Part shown: positions 53,887 through 63,272 of the stretch, in pieces
How the letters are laid out: each line of letters opens with the position of its first letter
Numbering within the stretch: the first letter of the stretch is position 1
NCBI GenBank assembly: GCA_963839465.1
Contig: CAWIVI010000020.1
Location: 31,763-95,762 of the forward strand
Length of the DNA: 64,000 bases
Source of the DNA: an uncultured beta proteobacterium
GTDB taxonomy: Bacteria > Pseudomonadota > Gammaproteobacteria > Burkholderiales > Burkholderiaceae_C
Direction: 5' to 3'
Made by a program: the position numbers and the translations under genes
The notes under the pieces: generated by a model
Databases searched by the model: none
Seen by the model: only the letters and a program-made list of their open reading frames with translations
Told to the model about the DNA's origin: nothing

Positions 53887-55627
53887 ATGCAGTTTCCTAG
53901 ACTTGACCCGCGTCGACTACTGATCACCGAGGCCATTGTGGCCGCCCTCGCCCTGACCGCCTGCGGCGGTGGGGGCAGTACCGATGGAGCCGAGCAATCC
54001 GGCAACACGGCGGTCGAATCCACCAACCCCACAGACGGCAGCCCGACGGCAGATGCCACTCCGGATGCAAACGCGGATACCGGCGAGACGGCAGACACGA
54101 ACGCGGATGCCGAACAGACGGCAGACGCCAATGCGGATGCCGGCCAGACGGCGGACGCTGCGGATGCCGGCCAGACGGCAGATGTGAATGCCGAGCAGAG
54201 CGGCGAAGTCATTGCCGACGCCGGCACGCTAGCGGCCGATCCGGTCGTGAGCGGCGACACGCAGGCCCCCGAGCCGGAAGCCGGCGAAAGCGGTTTCGGG
54301 TCGATGGAAGCGCAGTCGAAGAACTTCGAGCAACTCGAGCTCGCCCAAGGCGGCACCTACGAGGAAGACACGGCCACGGAGGGTCCCGCCACCGATGCAG
54401 CGGCCGAGACCAGCGAGAGTGCAGATTCCGGCGATCGCGAATCCGCCCAGTCGCTGACCAACATCGCGGGCAGGACTGGCTATGCGAAGCCCAAGGTGGC
54501 CGCGCTCGACTACTCCAGCTCCATGAGCTACGAAAAGCGGAAGCTGCTGGCGAAGTTCAAGTTCGTCATCCTGGGCGGCCGCGGCGGGTCCGACCTCAAC
54601 TCTTTCACGACGGGCATCCGCTCGATGAACCCGTCGACGAAGTTCGCCTACTACGTGGCGTTCAACGAGCTCGCCTGCAGCATCGAGTCGGGCAACTACT
54701 ACTACAGCGCAGTGCAGATGGCGAACAAGACGGACTACTGGCTCCGCTACGCCAGCGGTTCGCGCACGCAGTGGACGAGCCAGTACAACACCTGCGACAT
54801 GAACATCTCCGGCTGGGCGAAGAAGAACTCCGCCGGTCAGACATGGATGCAGTACAAGGCCCGCTACGACGTCGACCGCATCTTCAACAAGGCCCCGAAG
54901 ATCGAATACGCCTTCAGTGACAACACGTTCAGCGTGCCGCGCGTGAACGCCGACTGGAAGCGCATCAGGACCAACCAGCTCAAGACCGATCCCACCATCA
55001 TCACGGCGCAGCGCCAGGGCCAGGCGAAGTACTGGAGTGCGCTGCGGTCGATCAAGTCGAGCATCAAGATCCTCGGCAACGCCAACAACGACCTGTCGTA
55101 CTACGAGTACAAGGGCAAGCTGAATGGCGCCATGCAGGAAGCCGCGATGGGCAAGTCGTGGTCGCTCGAGACCTGGGCCGGCTGGGACAAGATGATGGAG
55201 CGGTATCGCCGCCAGATCGCCAACACCGCAGCGCCGAAGGACGTGTTCCTCGAAGTGCGCGGGCTCCCTGAGCGACTACAAGCTCATGCGCTACGGACTC
55301 GCGTCGGCTCTGCTCGAGAACGGATGGTTCCTGCACCTGCCGTCGAGCGGCACGTTCCAGCCGAAGTGGTTCGACGAGTACGAGGCGCCGATCGGCACTC
55401 CGGTTCAGAGCCCGCCTACCGCGCCCAAGTCGAACGGCATCTGGATGCGCAAGTACCAGAACGGCCTGGTGCTCGTGAACCCGAGCAAGTCGTCTACGCG
55501 CTCCATCTATATCGGTTCCGGCTACAAGCGCCTGAAAGGCACTCAGGATCCCACTGTGAACAATGGAGCCTCCCAGAGCACCGTGACGCTCGGCCCGCGC
55601 CAGGGCCTGATCATGATCAAGCAGTAG
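53887..55627 (+). CDS. lipoprotein with acidic repeat linker and one glycoside-hydrolase-like (GHL15/GH114-like, TIM-barrel-type) domain; one apparent frameshift near 55265
   Basis: It has a signal peptide with lipobox LALTAC. A roughly 170-aa D/A/T/E-rich linker follows, then a domain paralogous to those at 55996..58606 and 58716..59984. Shared motifs are DYWL, FSDN, ADWKR, GAMQEAAMGKSWSLE, DYKLMRYGLASALLENGWF, NGIWMRKYQNGLVLVNP and VTLGPRQGLIMI. The family name is from memory and needs an HMM check. Confidence 0.6.
54046..54198 (+). repeat. imperfect in-frame tandem repeats (24-42 nt units) encoding TAD-x-NADAGQ-like acidic repeats
   Basis: Units start at 54046, 54088, 54118, 54148 and 54175, each opening acggc(a/g)ga and ending ga(g/a)cag or ggccag. 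Confidence 0.85.
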
Positions 55628-55653
55628 TGCCAGGCGGGTGCCACCCGCGTCGA

Positions 55654-55685
55654 GCGGCAGGTCTTCGGACCTGCCGCTTTTTTTT
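55654..55685 (+). terminator. Rho-independent terminator
   Basis: GCGGCAGGTC-ttcg-GACCTGCCGC followed by T8, lying 27 nt after the stop at 55627. Confidence 0.85.
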
Positions 55686-55995
55686 GCGATGGAGCGCACT
55701 GCTAGTTACGAACGACATGCTGGACTTACGTGTAAACGCTTCAACATGTCCGGTGAACCTCCGTAGTACAGACGTCGCCAGCGCCTGAGTTCGTAGCTGA
55801 AGGCAGGCGGCGGTTTCGGTTGGTACTTGGCCTTACAAAGAACCCCTACTTGCCTGGGGGAGGTCGACTACGATGCCGGCCGAGGCGGGAGGGAGCAGTC
55901 AATTCCTTTGAATGAGGAATGACCTCCTAGTGTAGTTGGTAGTCACTCGCATGCCATGCATGGCAAGCGAAGGACTTTCTGTGCCCGGAGAGGTC

Positions 55996-58606
55996 ATGAC
56001 AAAGAGTTTTCAAGCGACCAGCGTCGCGCTGGCCGTTGCTTTCACGCTCAGCGCTTGCGGCGGAGGCAATAGCGGTGCCGCCCTTGAGACGGAGAGCGCC
56101 GAAGAGGCAGGTTCCTTACAAATCGAACAGCCGCCTACTTCCGACGATGTGCCGGAAGCAAGTTCAACCAGCGTGCCCGAGGCTGCTGCCGACCGCGAGC
56201 CGCCGCAGGCCACCACCTGCTCCAGCCCCGCTTTTGGCGGTCCGCGCGTTGCAGCTTGGGACATGTCGCGCGACACCAGCTCGGGCCGGCAGGCGCTCCT
56301 GGCCCGCTTCAAGCTGTCCGTGGTGAACATGCCCGTTGACCCAGCGCGCACCGGTGCCTTCGTCGCCGGTGTGAAGTCGATCAACTCCGCCGCAGCACTC
56401 GCCCAGTACCTCAACTTCCCGGACGTGCGCGGCAATGCCGCGTCGACCGACTACGCCTACCCTCTGGCCGTCGAAGCCAACTCGCGCGACTGGTGGCTGG
56501 AAAGTGCCGCCGGTGGCAAGGTCAGCTGGACGTCGGGCAGCACGCACGGCGTGAACATGACGAGTTGGGCGACGGCGAACCCGTCGGGCCAACGCTATCC
56601 GCAGTTCAAGGCCGCCTACGACCACAAGCTGTACTTCGCCACCACGGCGATGGACTATGTCTTCACGGCCAACACGTGGGCGCGCCCGCGGGTCGATGCC
56701 GACTGGCGGCGCAACGGCACGTCGCAGCTGCGCACCGACCCGACGATCCAGAGCGCCACGCGTGCCGGCTACGCAGCCTATTGGGCAACCATGCGGTCGT
56801 TGAAGTCGTCGGTAAAGATCATGGGCGGGCTGGACAACGGGAACGACCTCTCCTCCGCCGAGTTCAAGGATCAGCTCGACGGCGCTTTCCTCGACGGCAT
56901 GATCGGCAAGGCCTGGTCACTGGAGTCGACCAACGGCTGGTCCGCCGCGATGAACCACTACCGCAAGGTGATGGCCAACACCCGGAGCGACAAGAAGGTC
57001 GTCTTCGTCGCCTACGGTGCCTCGCCGACCGACTACTCCACGCTGCGTTACGGTCTGGCGTCCGCTCTGATGGACAACGGCCTCTTCATGTTCATTCCGG
57101 CGTCCGGCAGCCAGGTGCCGGCCTGGTATGACGAGTACTCGGCAAAGCTCGGCAACGCCGTCGACGCGCCACCTGCGGCTCCTGCGCAGAACGGCATTTA
57201 CCTGCGCCGCTTCGAGAACGGCCTGGTGCTCGTGAATCCCAGCAAGGCCTCGAGTGCATCCATCAGCGTGGGCTCGGGCTACCAGCGCCTGCAAGGCTCT
57301 CAGGACCCCAGCGTCAACAGTGGCGCCGTCCAGTCCACCGTCACGCTCGGTCCGCGCCAGGGCCTCGTGATGGTCAAGGTGCCGGCGCCTTGCGACGATC
57401 TCGCCGAACCCACCCCTTCGCCCACGCCCGCGCCGACGCCGACCGGCTATGCAACGCCGCGCGTGGCCGCGCTCGACTACAGCAAGGACACCTCCGCGGC
57501 ACGGCGCGACCTGCTGGCGAAGTACAAGTTCGTCATCCTCGGTTTCTCCAAGACGATGGGCGGCACGCGCCTGCAGGAAGTCGCCAGCACGCTGAGGGCC
57601 AAGAACCCGAACGTGAAGATCGCGCAGTACACGGTGGCCAACGAAGCGAAGTGCGAGCAGAACGATCCCAACCAGGACACCTACGCCGTCACCGCCGAGA
57701 TCAAGAAGAACAACTGGTGGCTGCGCAACGCGGCGGGCGAGCGCGTGCAGTGGACGACGCTATATGACAACTGCGACGTGAACTTCAGCGCCTACGCGAC
57801 GCGCAACGCCAGCGGCCAGACGTTCGTCCAGTACAAGTGGAACCACGACTACAACGCCTGGTTCAAGGACGCGACGCTTGTCGACTACGTCTTCATCGAC
57901 AACTTCTGGCACCTGACCCGCAGCGACGCCGACTGGAAGCGCACGGGCGTCGACCTGCCGAAGGGCGGCACGGAAGCCAGCGCGATCATGCGTCGCGGTC
58001 TGGCGAACCATGTGTCCAACATCCGGTCCGTGACGCCGCGGATGAAGGTCATCGGCAACATCAACCACGACCTGAACTTCGCAGAATTCCAGGATGTTCT
58101 CGACGGCGCCTTCATGGAGGGCCTGGTCGGGAAGTCGTGGTCGCGCGAGACATGGGCCGGGTGGGATTCGATGATGTCGCTGTACCGAGGTGCCCTGAAG
58201 CGCACACGGGTTGCGGGCACGGTGTTCTTCAACACGTTTGCCAGCCCCACTGACTACAAGACCATCCGCTACGGCCTTGCATCGGCACTGATGGAGAACG
58301 GGTATTTCCTCCACATCCCCTCCACCGGCACGATGCAGCCGAACTGGGTGGACGACTACGGCGCGCCGCTCGGCGATGCTGCCGAAGCACCGCCGACCGC
58401 GCCCGCGCCAGAACGGCATCTGGATGCGTCGCTACGCCAACGGGCTGGTGCTGGTGAACCCGAGCCACACGGCCACCGCGTCGATCAGCGTCGGCGCCGG
58501 CTACAAGAGGCTGACCGGCACGCAGGATCCCGCAGTGAACAACGGCAAGGCGCAGTCGACCGTGACGCTCGGACCGCGGCAAGGCCTGCTGATGATTCGG
58601 CAATAG
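55996..58606 (+). CDS. lipoprotein with two tandem glycoside-hydrolase-like domains joined by a Pro/Thr linker; one apparent frameshift near 58405
   Basis: GGAGAGG lies upstream of the ATG. The signal peptide has lipobox FTLSAC. Domain 1 spans about aa 95-465 and domain 2 about aa 490-869, joined by the linker PAPCDDLAEPTPSPTPAPTPTG. Both domains share the motif set of the flanking paralogs. Confidence 0.6.
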
Positions 58607-58634
58607 ATCCGCGCGGCGGCAGCCGCAATCCGTA

Positions 58635-58666
58635 CCGATGCCCTCGCCTGAATGCGGGGGCATCGG
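58635..58666 (+). terminator. possible weak stem-loop after the two-domain gene
   Basis: CCGATGCCC...GGGCATCGG is a 9-bp stem with a 14-nt loop. No U tract follows, so its function is doubtful. Confidence 0.25.
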
Positions 58667-58715
58667 CGCTTATGGACCTAGGGTTTGCGAGCAGCAACGC
58701 CCTTATCATCACCCG

Positions 58716-59984
58716 ATGCTTCACTATGAAAAGTTCGCGCGTCTGCTGGCCTCGGCAGCGTGCGCCGCGATGGTGCTCGGGGCCCACGCTGCACCGCAAG
58801 GTGCCCGTGAGGGCCATCCAAAGCTGATGGGCATGAACATCGGCGCCAAGAACTACGACGACCCGAAGTACAGCGCGGATCTGTCGCGGCTCGACATCGC
58901 CATCCTGGGCTTCCATCCCGGCTGGCGCGGCGACCGCGGTGGCGACGTGATCGGACGCACGGTGCGCCAGATGGTCGCGCGAAACCCGTCGATCCTGCTC
59001 GGCCAGTACACGATCCTGAACGAATCGAGCGACGACCTTGTCCGCACGGCCGCCAGCCGCGACCGCATCGACAAGCTCAACGATGAAGACTGGTGGCTGC
59101 GCGGTGCCGACGGCGCCAAGACAGCGTGGACGCGCCAGTACTCAGCCTTCGACATCAACTTCACGGAATGGTCGCGCCCGGACCGCAACGGCGACCGCTA
59201 TCCGCAGTGGCTGGCTCGTCGCGACTTCCAGCGATTCTTCGAGCCGGTACCTGAGTTCCGCATCTGGTATCTCGACAACGTGATGGCGCGCTCGCGTGTG
59301 TCGAAGGCGGATTGGAAGCGCCAGGGAGGAGACATTTCCAGCCGCGACCCCGAGATCGAAGCCGCCTATCGCCGCGGCCAGGCAGCGCACTGGCAGGCGA
59401 TCCGCAAGCTGCGCCCCGACGCGCTCCTCATTGGCAATGTCGACAACGACTTGTCGCTGCCCGAGTACCGGAACCAGCTCGAGGGCGCTTTCCTCGAAGG
59501 CTTGATGGGAAAGTCCTGGTCGCTCGAGCGCACGGCAGGATGGGGCGCGATGATGAAGCGCTACCTCGGCGTGAAGCCCAACCTGCGGCCGCCGGCCATC
59601 GTGGGGTTCAACGTGGCCGGCGAATTGAACGATTACCGCCTCATGCGCTACGCGCTCGGCTCGTGCCTGCTCGGCGACGGCTACTTCTCGTACACCGACG
59701 ATCGCGCGGGCTACAGCTCGGTGCCGTGGTTCGACGAGTACGACGTACGCATCGGCAAGGCGCTGGATCCGCCCCAGACCGCTGCCTGGTCGAACGGCGT
59801 GTACCGCAGGCGCTATGAGCATGCGATGGTGCTCGTCAACCCGGACGTGACGCCGCGCACCGTCGCGCCAGGCAAGGGCTGGCGCCGCATCAAGGGCCGG
59901 CAAGCGCCCGCTGTGAATTCCGGCGAGGCGGCAGACGAAGTGACACTCGCGCCTCGTGATGCGATCGTGCTCGTGAAGGACTAG
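58716..59984 (+). CDS. secreted single-domain glycoside-hydrolase-like protein, divergent paralog of the two upstream genes
   Basis: Intact. The Sec signal is MLHYEKFARLLASAACAAMVLGAHA-AP. Motifs are EDWWLR, YLDN, ADWKRQ, LEGAFLEGLMGKSWSLE, DYRLMRYALGSCLLGDGYF, NGVYRRRYEHAMVLVNP and VTLAPRDAIVLV. Confidence 0.6.
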   Translation: MLHYEKFARLLASAACAAMVLGAHAAPQGAREGHPKLMGMNIGAKNYDDPKYSADLSRLDIAILGFHPGWRGDRGGDVIGRTVRQMVARNPSILLGQYTILNESSDDLVRTAASRDRIDKLNDEDWWLRGADGAKTAWTRQYSAFDINFTEWSRPDRNGDRYPQWLARRDFQRFFEPVPEFRIWYLDNVMARSRVSKADWKRQGGDISSRDPEIEAAYRRGQAAHWQAIRKLRPDALLIGNVDNDLSLPEYRNQLEGAFLEGLMGKSWSLERTAGWGAMMKRYLGVKPNLRPPAIVGFNVAGELNDYRLMRYALGSCLLGDGYFSYTDDRAGYSSVPWFDEYDVRIGKALDPPQTAAWSNGVYRRRYEHAMVLVNPDVTPRTVAPGKGWRRIKGRQAPAVNSGEAADEVTLAPRDAIVLVKD

Positions 59985-59986
59985 CG

Positions 59987-61156
59987 GTGGAGCAGCGAAC
60001 CACCGTGATGCTCCTCGTGAGCCTGCTGGGCGTCGGCGGCGCCGAACGCCACATGGTCACGCTCGCCAACCGCCTGGCGGAGCGCTTCGACATCGTGCTG
60101 GTCTACATCAAGAACGATGCCGCGCTGCTGCCCCAGGTGGAGGCCCACCGGCTGCGCGACGTGATCTGCCTGGAAGGCACCGGCGGCGCCGATGGCGCTG
60201 CGGTGCGGCGCCTCGCGGCCGCCTACGATCGCCACCAGCCGGCCGTCGTCGTGTGCGCAAACACCTATCCCCTTGCGTTTGCGCATGCCGCGAGGTGGCT
60301 GGCGAGGCACCGGCCGCGCGTGATGGAGGTCTACCACACGACCATCCTGCAGACCTGGAAGGAGCGGCTGCAGATGCTCGCCTACCTGCCACTGATATGG
60401 GCCACACACCGGCTCGTTTACGTTTGCCGCGCACAGCAGCGCTACTGGCGGCGGCGCGGCGTGCGCGCGCGTCGCGAGTCGATGGTCTACAACGGTGTCG
60501 ACGTGCAGCGCTTCGACCCGGATGTGCACCGCGACGCCGCCCGCGCGAGGCGCGCCGAGTACGGGTTCGCGCAGGACGATCTGGTCGTCGGCCTCTGCGC
60601 GGTGATGCGGCCGGAGAAGGCACATGACCACCTGCTCCAGGCCATGAAGCTGGCGGACGATGCGGGCGTCCGTTGGAAGGCGCTGCTGATCGGCGACGGG
60701 CCGCTGCGCCCGAGCATCGAGCAGGAGATCCTGCGGCTCGGGCTGCAGGACCGCGTGGCGATCACGGGCTTTCGCAGCGACGTGCGAGCCGACCTGGCCG
60801 CCTGCGACGTCGTGTCGCTGGTCTCGGTGACGGAAACCTTCTCGATCGCGGCCCTGGAGGCGATGGCGATGGCGCGGCCGCTGATCATGAGCGACGTGGG
60901 GGGCGCCCGCGAACAGGTCGACCCGGGGCGCACCGGATGGCTCTTCGCGGCGGGCGACATCCCGGCGCTTGCGCGCTGCCTGCGCGAAGCGGCCGACCGC
61001 ACGCGCCTGGCCGAGATGGGTCGCGCCGCCCGTGCGATGGCCGTGCGCGACTACTCCGTCTCCACCATGATCGAGCGATACGAAGAGCTGCTGGCCGCGG
61101 ACGCCGGGCCTCACGGGCCCGACGCGCTGGGCTCGTTGTCCACCCCTGTGAAATGA
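59987..61156 (+). CDS. glycosyltransferase family 4
   Basis: Intact, with a GTG start. It shows LLGVGGAERHMVTLAN and VSLVSVTETFSIAALEAMAMARPLI (EX7E region). Confidence 0.8.
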   Translation: MEQRTTVMLLVSLLGVGGAERHMVTLANRLAERFDIVLVYIKNDAALLPQVEAHRLRDVICLEGTGGADGAAVRRLAAAYDRHQPAVVVCANTYPLAFAHAARWLARHRPRVMEVYHTTILQTWKERLQMLAYLPLIWATHRLVYVCRAQQRYWRRRGVRARRESMVYNGVDVQRFDPDVHRDAARARRAEYGFAQDDLVVGLCAVMRPEKAHDHLLQAMKLADDAGVRWKALLIGDGPLRPSIEQEILRLGLQDRVAITGFRSDVRADLAACDVVSLVSVTETFSIAALEAMAMARPLIMSDVGGAREQVDPGRTGWLFAAGDIPALARCLREAADRTRLAEMGRAARAMAVRDYSVSTMIERYEELLAADAGPHGPDALGSLSTPVK

Positions 61157-62046
61157 GCGACATCGAACACGCCCCCCGGGATTCCTTCCCCATCCGACTC
61201 GAGAATTTCCTGATGCGCCACGTCAACCAGGCGCTGCCGTCGGCCCGCTGGGCCGACTACCTCATGACGCTCTACTGGTTCGTGCGGATGCAGCGCCGAT
61301 TGCCGAAACGCGACGCCATGCTGTTCAACGACGTGCTGTTCCGCATCAAGACGAGCGACGACATCCTCAACCCGGTGCGCTCGTTCACATCGGACAAGGA
61401 ACTCGTGAAGCAGTACGTGGCCGCGAAGCTCGGCGAACACCACAACGTACCGACGATCGCGGTGCTGCGTTCCCTGACCGAGGTGAGAGCCTTCGACTTC
61501 CCGCGCCACTGCGTCATCAAGCCCACGCACCTGTCCGGCACGGTCATCCTGCGGCGCGATGGCGAGGCGCTGGACTTCGGCGAGATGGCGTCATGGTTCG
61601 GCAAGAACTACTACCGGTCGAGCCGCGAGGCGAACTACCGCTATCTGGCGCCGAAGGTGATCGTGGAGCCCTTCGTGTTCGGTGACGACAACCCGAACGA
61701 CTACAAGTTCTTCTGTGCAGGCGGCAGGGCGAGCCTGGTGCAGGTGGACGCCGACCGCAAAACGCGGCATACCCGCTGCTTCTACGACCGCCACTGGAAC
61801 AAGCAGCCATTTTCGATGACCTACCCCATGCTAGAGCGTGACGTGCCGCGGCCCGCGAACCTGGACCTCATGCTTGACCTGGCCGGCAAGCTCAGCGCGG
61901 ACATCGGCTTCGTGCGGGTCGACTTCTACTCGGACGGCACGCAGGCGCTCGTCGGAGAGATCACCCACGTGCACGGCAACGTGCGCGAGTTCTTCCTTCC
62001 GCGCAATGGCGAGGCCGAGGTGTCGCGCATGCTGTTCGGCGCATGA
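61153..62046 (+). CDS. TupA-like ATP-grasp amidoligase family protein
   Basis: Intact. The ATG overlaps the preceding stop (ATGA). It shows DKELVKQYVAAKLG, CVIKPTHLSGTVIL, PKVIVEPFV, DYKFFCAGG, FYDRHWN, FVRVDFY and GEITHVHGN. I recognise this as the ATPgrasp_TupA family, named after teichuronopeptide synthesis in Bacillus halodurans. Confidence 0.7.
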   Translation: MSDIEHAPRDSFPIRLENFLMRHVNQALPSARWADYLMTLYWFVRMQRRLPKRDAMLFNDVLFRIKTSDDILNPVRSFTSDKELVKQYVAAKLGEHHNVPTIAVLRSLTEVRAFDFPRHCVIKPTHLSGTVILRRDGEALDFGEMASWFGKNYYRSSREANYRYLAPKVIVEPFVFGDDNPNDYKFFCAGGRASLVQVDADRKTRHTRCFYDRHWNKQPFSMTYPMLERDVPRPANLDLMLDLAGKLSADIGFVRVDFYSDGTQALVGEITHVHGNVREFFLPRNGEAEVSRMLFGA

Positions 62047-63242
62047 AGAGCCTCGTCCTCACCTCGCGGCCGATCAAGCTGCTGCGCCACGGCTATGACC
62101 TGCGCGTGGCGAACCTGTGTTCACGCATGCCCGGCGAGCGCCACCTCGTCGTGGTGCCGCTCGACAAGGAAGACAGGCGGCCGGCCACCATCGATGCGCT
62201 CACGGCGTTCGACACGATCGAGACGCTGCCACCGGTGTTCTCGGGCCGCAAATCGCTGCGCCGCCTGGCGCGCCTGTCCGAAGACCACTTCCTCGAACGA
62301 TCGTTTCCGGAGGGTTTCCGCCACGCGCATGACCGCCTCTCGCAGATCATCCGCGAGCGTGGGATCACCCATGTGGTCGTGTTCGGCAGCAACCTGGCCG
62401 AGGTCGGCTCCAGCCTGCGGCAACGACGGACGATGCTGGACGTGTGCGACAGCGTCGCGCTCACCCTGCGACGAGCCCACGATTCGCGGCTGAGCGAGCG
62501 CGGGCCGCTCGGCCGCCTGCGCGCGCGCATGGATCTGCGCCGGTGGAGAGCGACGGAAGGGACGCTGCCCCGGCGGTTCTCCATCGTCACGACGATCAAT
62601 GATGCCGACTCGCACGAGATCGTCGCGCTCGCCGGCGGGCGCGTGTCCAACGTGCACACGGTGCCCAACGGGGTCGCACCGACCTATCTGGAACCGATGC
62701 CGCCGCTCGGCAGGCGCCGTGGTGTCGCCTTCTGGGGCAACCTGTTCTTTCCGCCGAACGCGCACGCGCTCCGGCACTTCATGCACGACATCTACGTGCC
62801 TCACTTGCGGGACAAAGGCGTGGAAGTGTTCGTGGCCGGCGACGGCGGGCCCGACTGGCTGCATGCGATGGCCACGCAGGATTCGAACATCAAGCTGGCC
62901 GGATTCGTCGACGAGCTGCGCTCGGCTGCTGCACCCTACCCTGTCATGGTGAACCCGATGACCATCGGCAGCGGCCTGAAGAACAAAGTGCTCGAAGCGT
63001 TCGGGATGGGCCTGTGCGTGGTATCCACGCCCTTGGGCATGGAGGCGTTTCCGCTGGCGCGCGACGGCGTCCATTGCAAGGTGGCCGAGCGGCCTGAAGC
63101 CTTTGCCGAGGCAGTGCTGGCGCTGCTCGACGACGAGCCGGCTCGGCTCGCGATGCGCGGTGCGGCGAACCGGCTGCTGCACCAGCACTATCCGTGGGAT
63201 GTTGTGGGCCAGCAGTGGAACGCACTGCTGGCGCGCTGCTGA
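62043..63242 (+). CDS. glycosyltransferase (GT-B fold, family 4/1-like)
   Basis: Intact. The ATG overlaps the preceding stop (ATGA). The C-terminus shows VMVNPMTIGSGLKNKVLEAFGMGLCVVST. Confidence 0.65.
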   Translation: MKSLVLTSRPIKLLRHGYDLRVANLCSRMPGERHLVVVPLDKEDRRPATIDALTAFDTIETLPPVFSGRKSLRRLARLSEDHFLERSFPEGFRHAHDRLSQIIRERGITHVVVFGSNLAEVGSSLRQRRTMLDVCDSVALTLRRAHDSRLSERGPLGRLRARMDLRRWRATEGTLPRRFSIVTTINDADSHEIVALAGGRVSNVHTVPNGVAPTYLEPMPPLGRRRGVAFWGNLFFPPNAHALRHFMHDIYVPHLRDKGVEVFVAGDGGPDWLHAMATQDSNIKLAGFVDELRSAAAPYPVMVNPMTIGSGLKNKVLEAFGMGLCVVSTPLGMEAFPLARDGVHCKVAERPEAFAEAVLALLDDEPARLAMRGAANRLLHQHYPWDVVGQQWNALLARC

Positions 63243-63272
63243 AGCGTCAGGCCGCGCCGGTCGCGACCACCT

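Noticed and set aside
53732-53923. A small ORF (63 aa) upstream of and overlapping the first lipoprotein gene, and ORF 53307..53534 (75 aa, minus strand).
   Set aside because: They have no motif, no ribosome-binding site and atypical composition. One overlaps the better supported start at 53887. They are treated as non-coding.
54046-54198. The tandem repeats here and at 27966..28010 as possible CRISPR or minisatellite non-coding arrays.
   Set aside because: The units are contiguous with no spacers. They are in frame, multiples of 3 nt, and lie inside well supported coding regions as low-complexity linkers.
53359-59984. Calling the hydrolase-like block a horizontally acquired island because it looks less GC-rich.
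   Set aside because: Third codon positions remain strongly G/C-biased. The lower GC is explained by the Lys/Asn/Tyr/Ser/Thr-rich composition typical of secreted proteins and by the long intergenic spacers. No integrase, tRNA or direct repeats flank it. Insertion remains possible but is not demonstrated.
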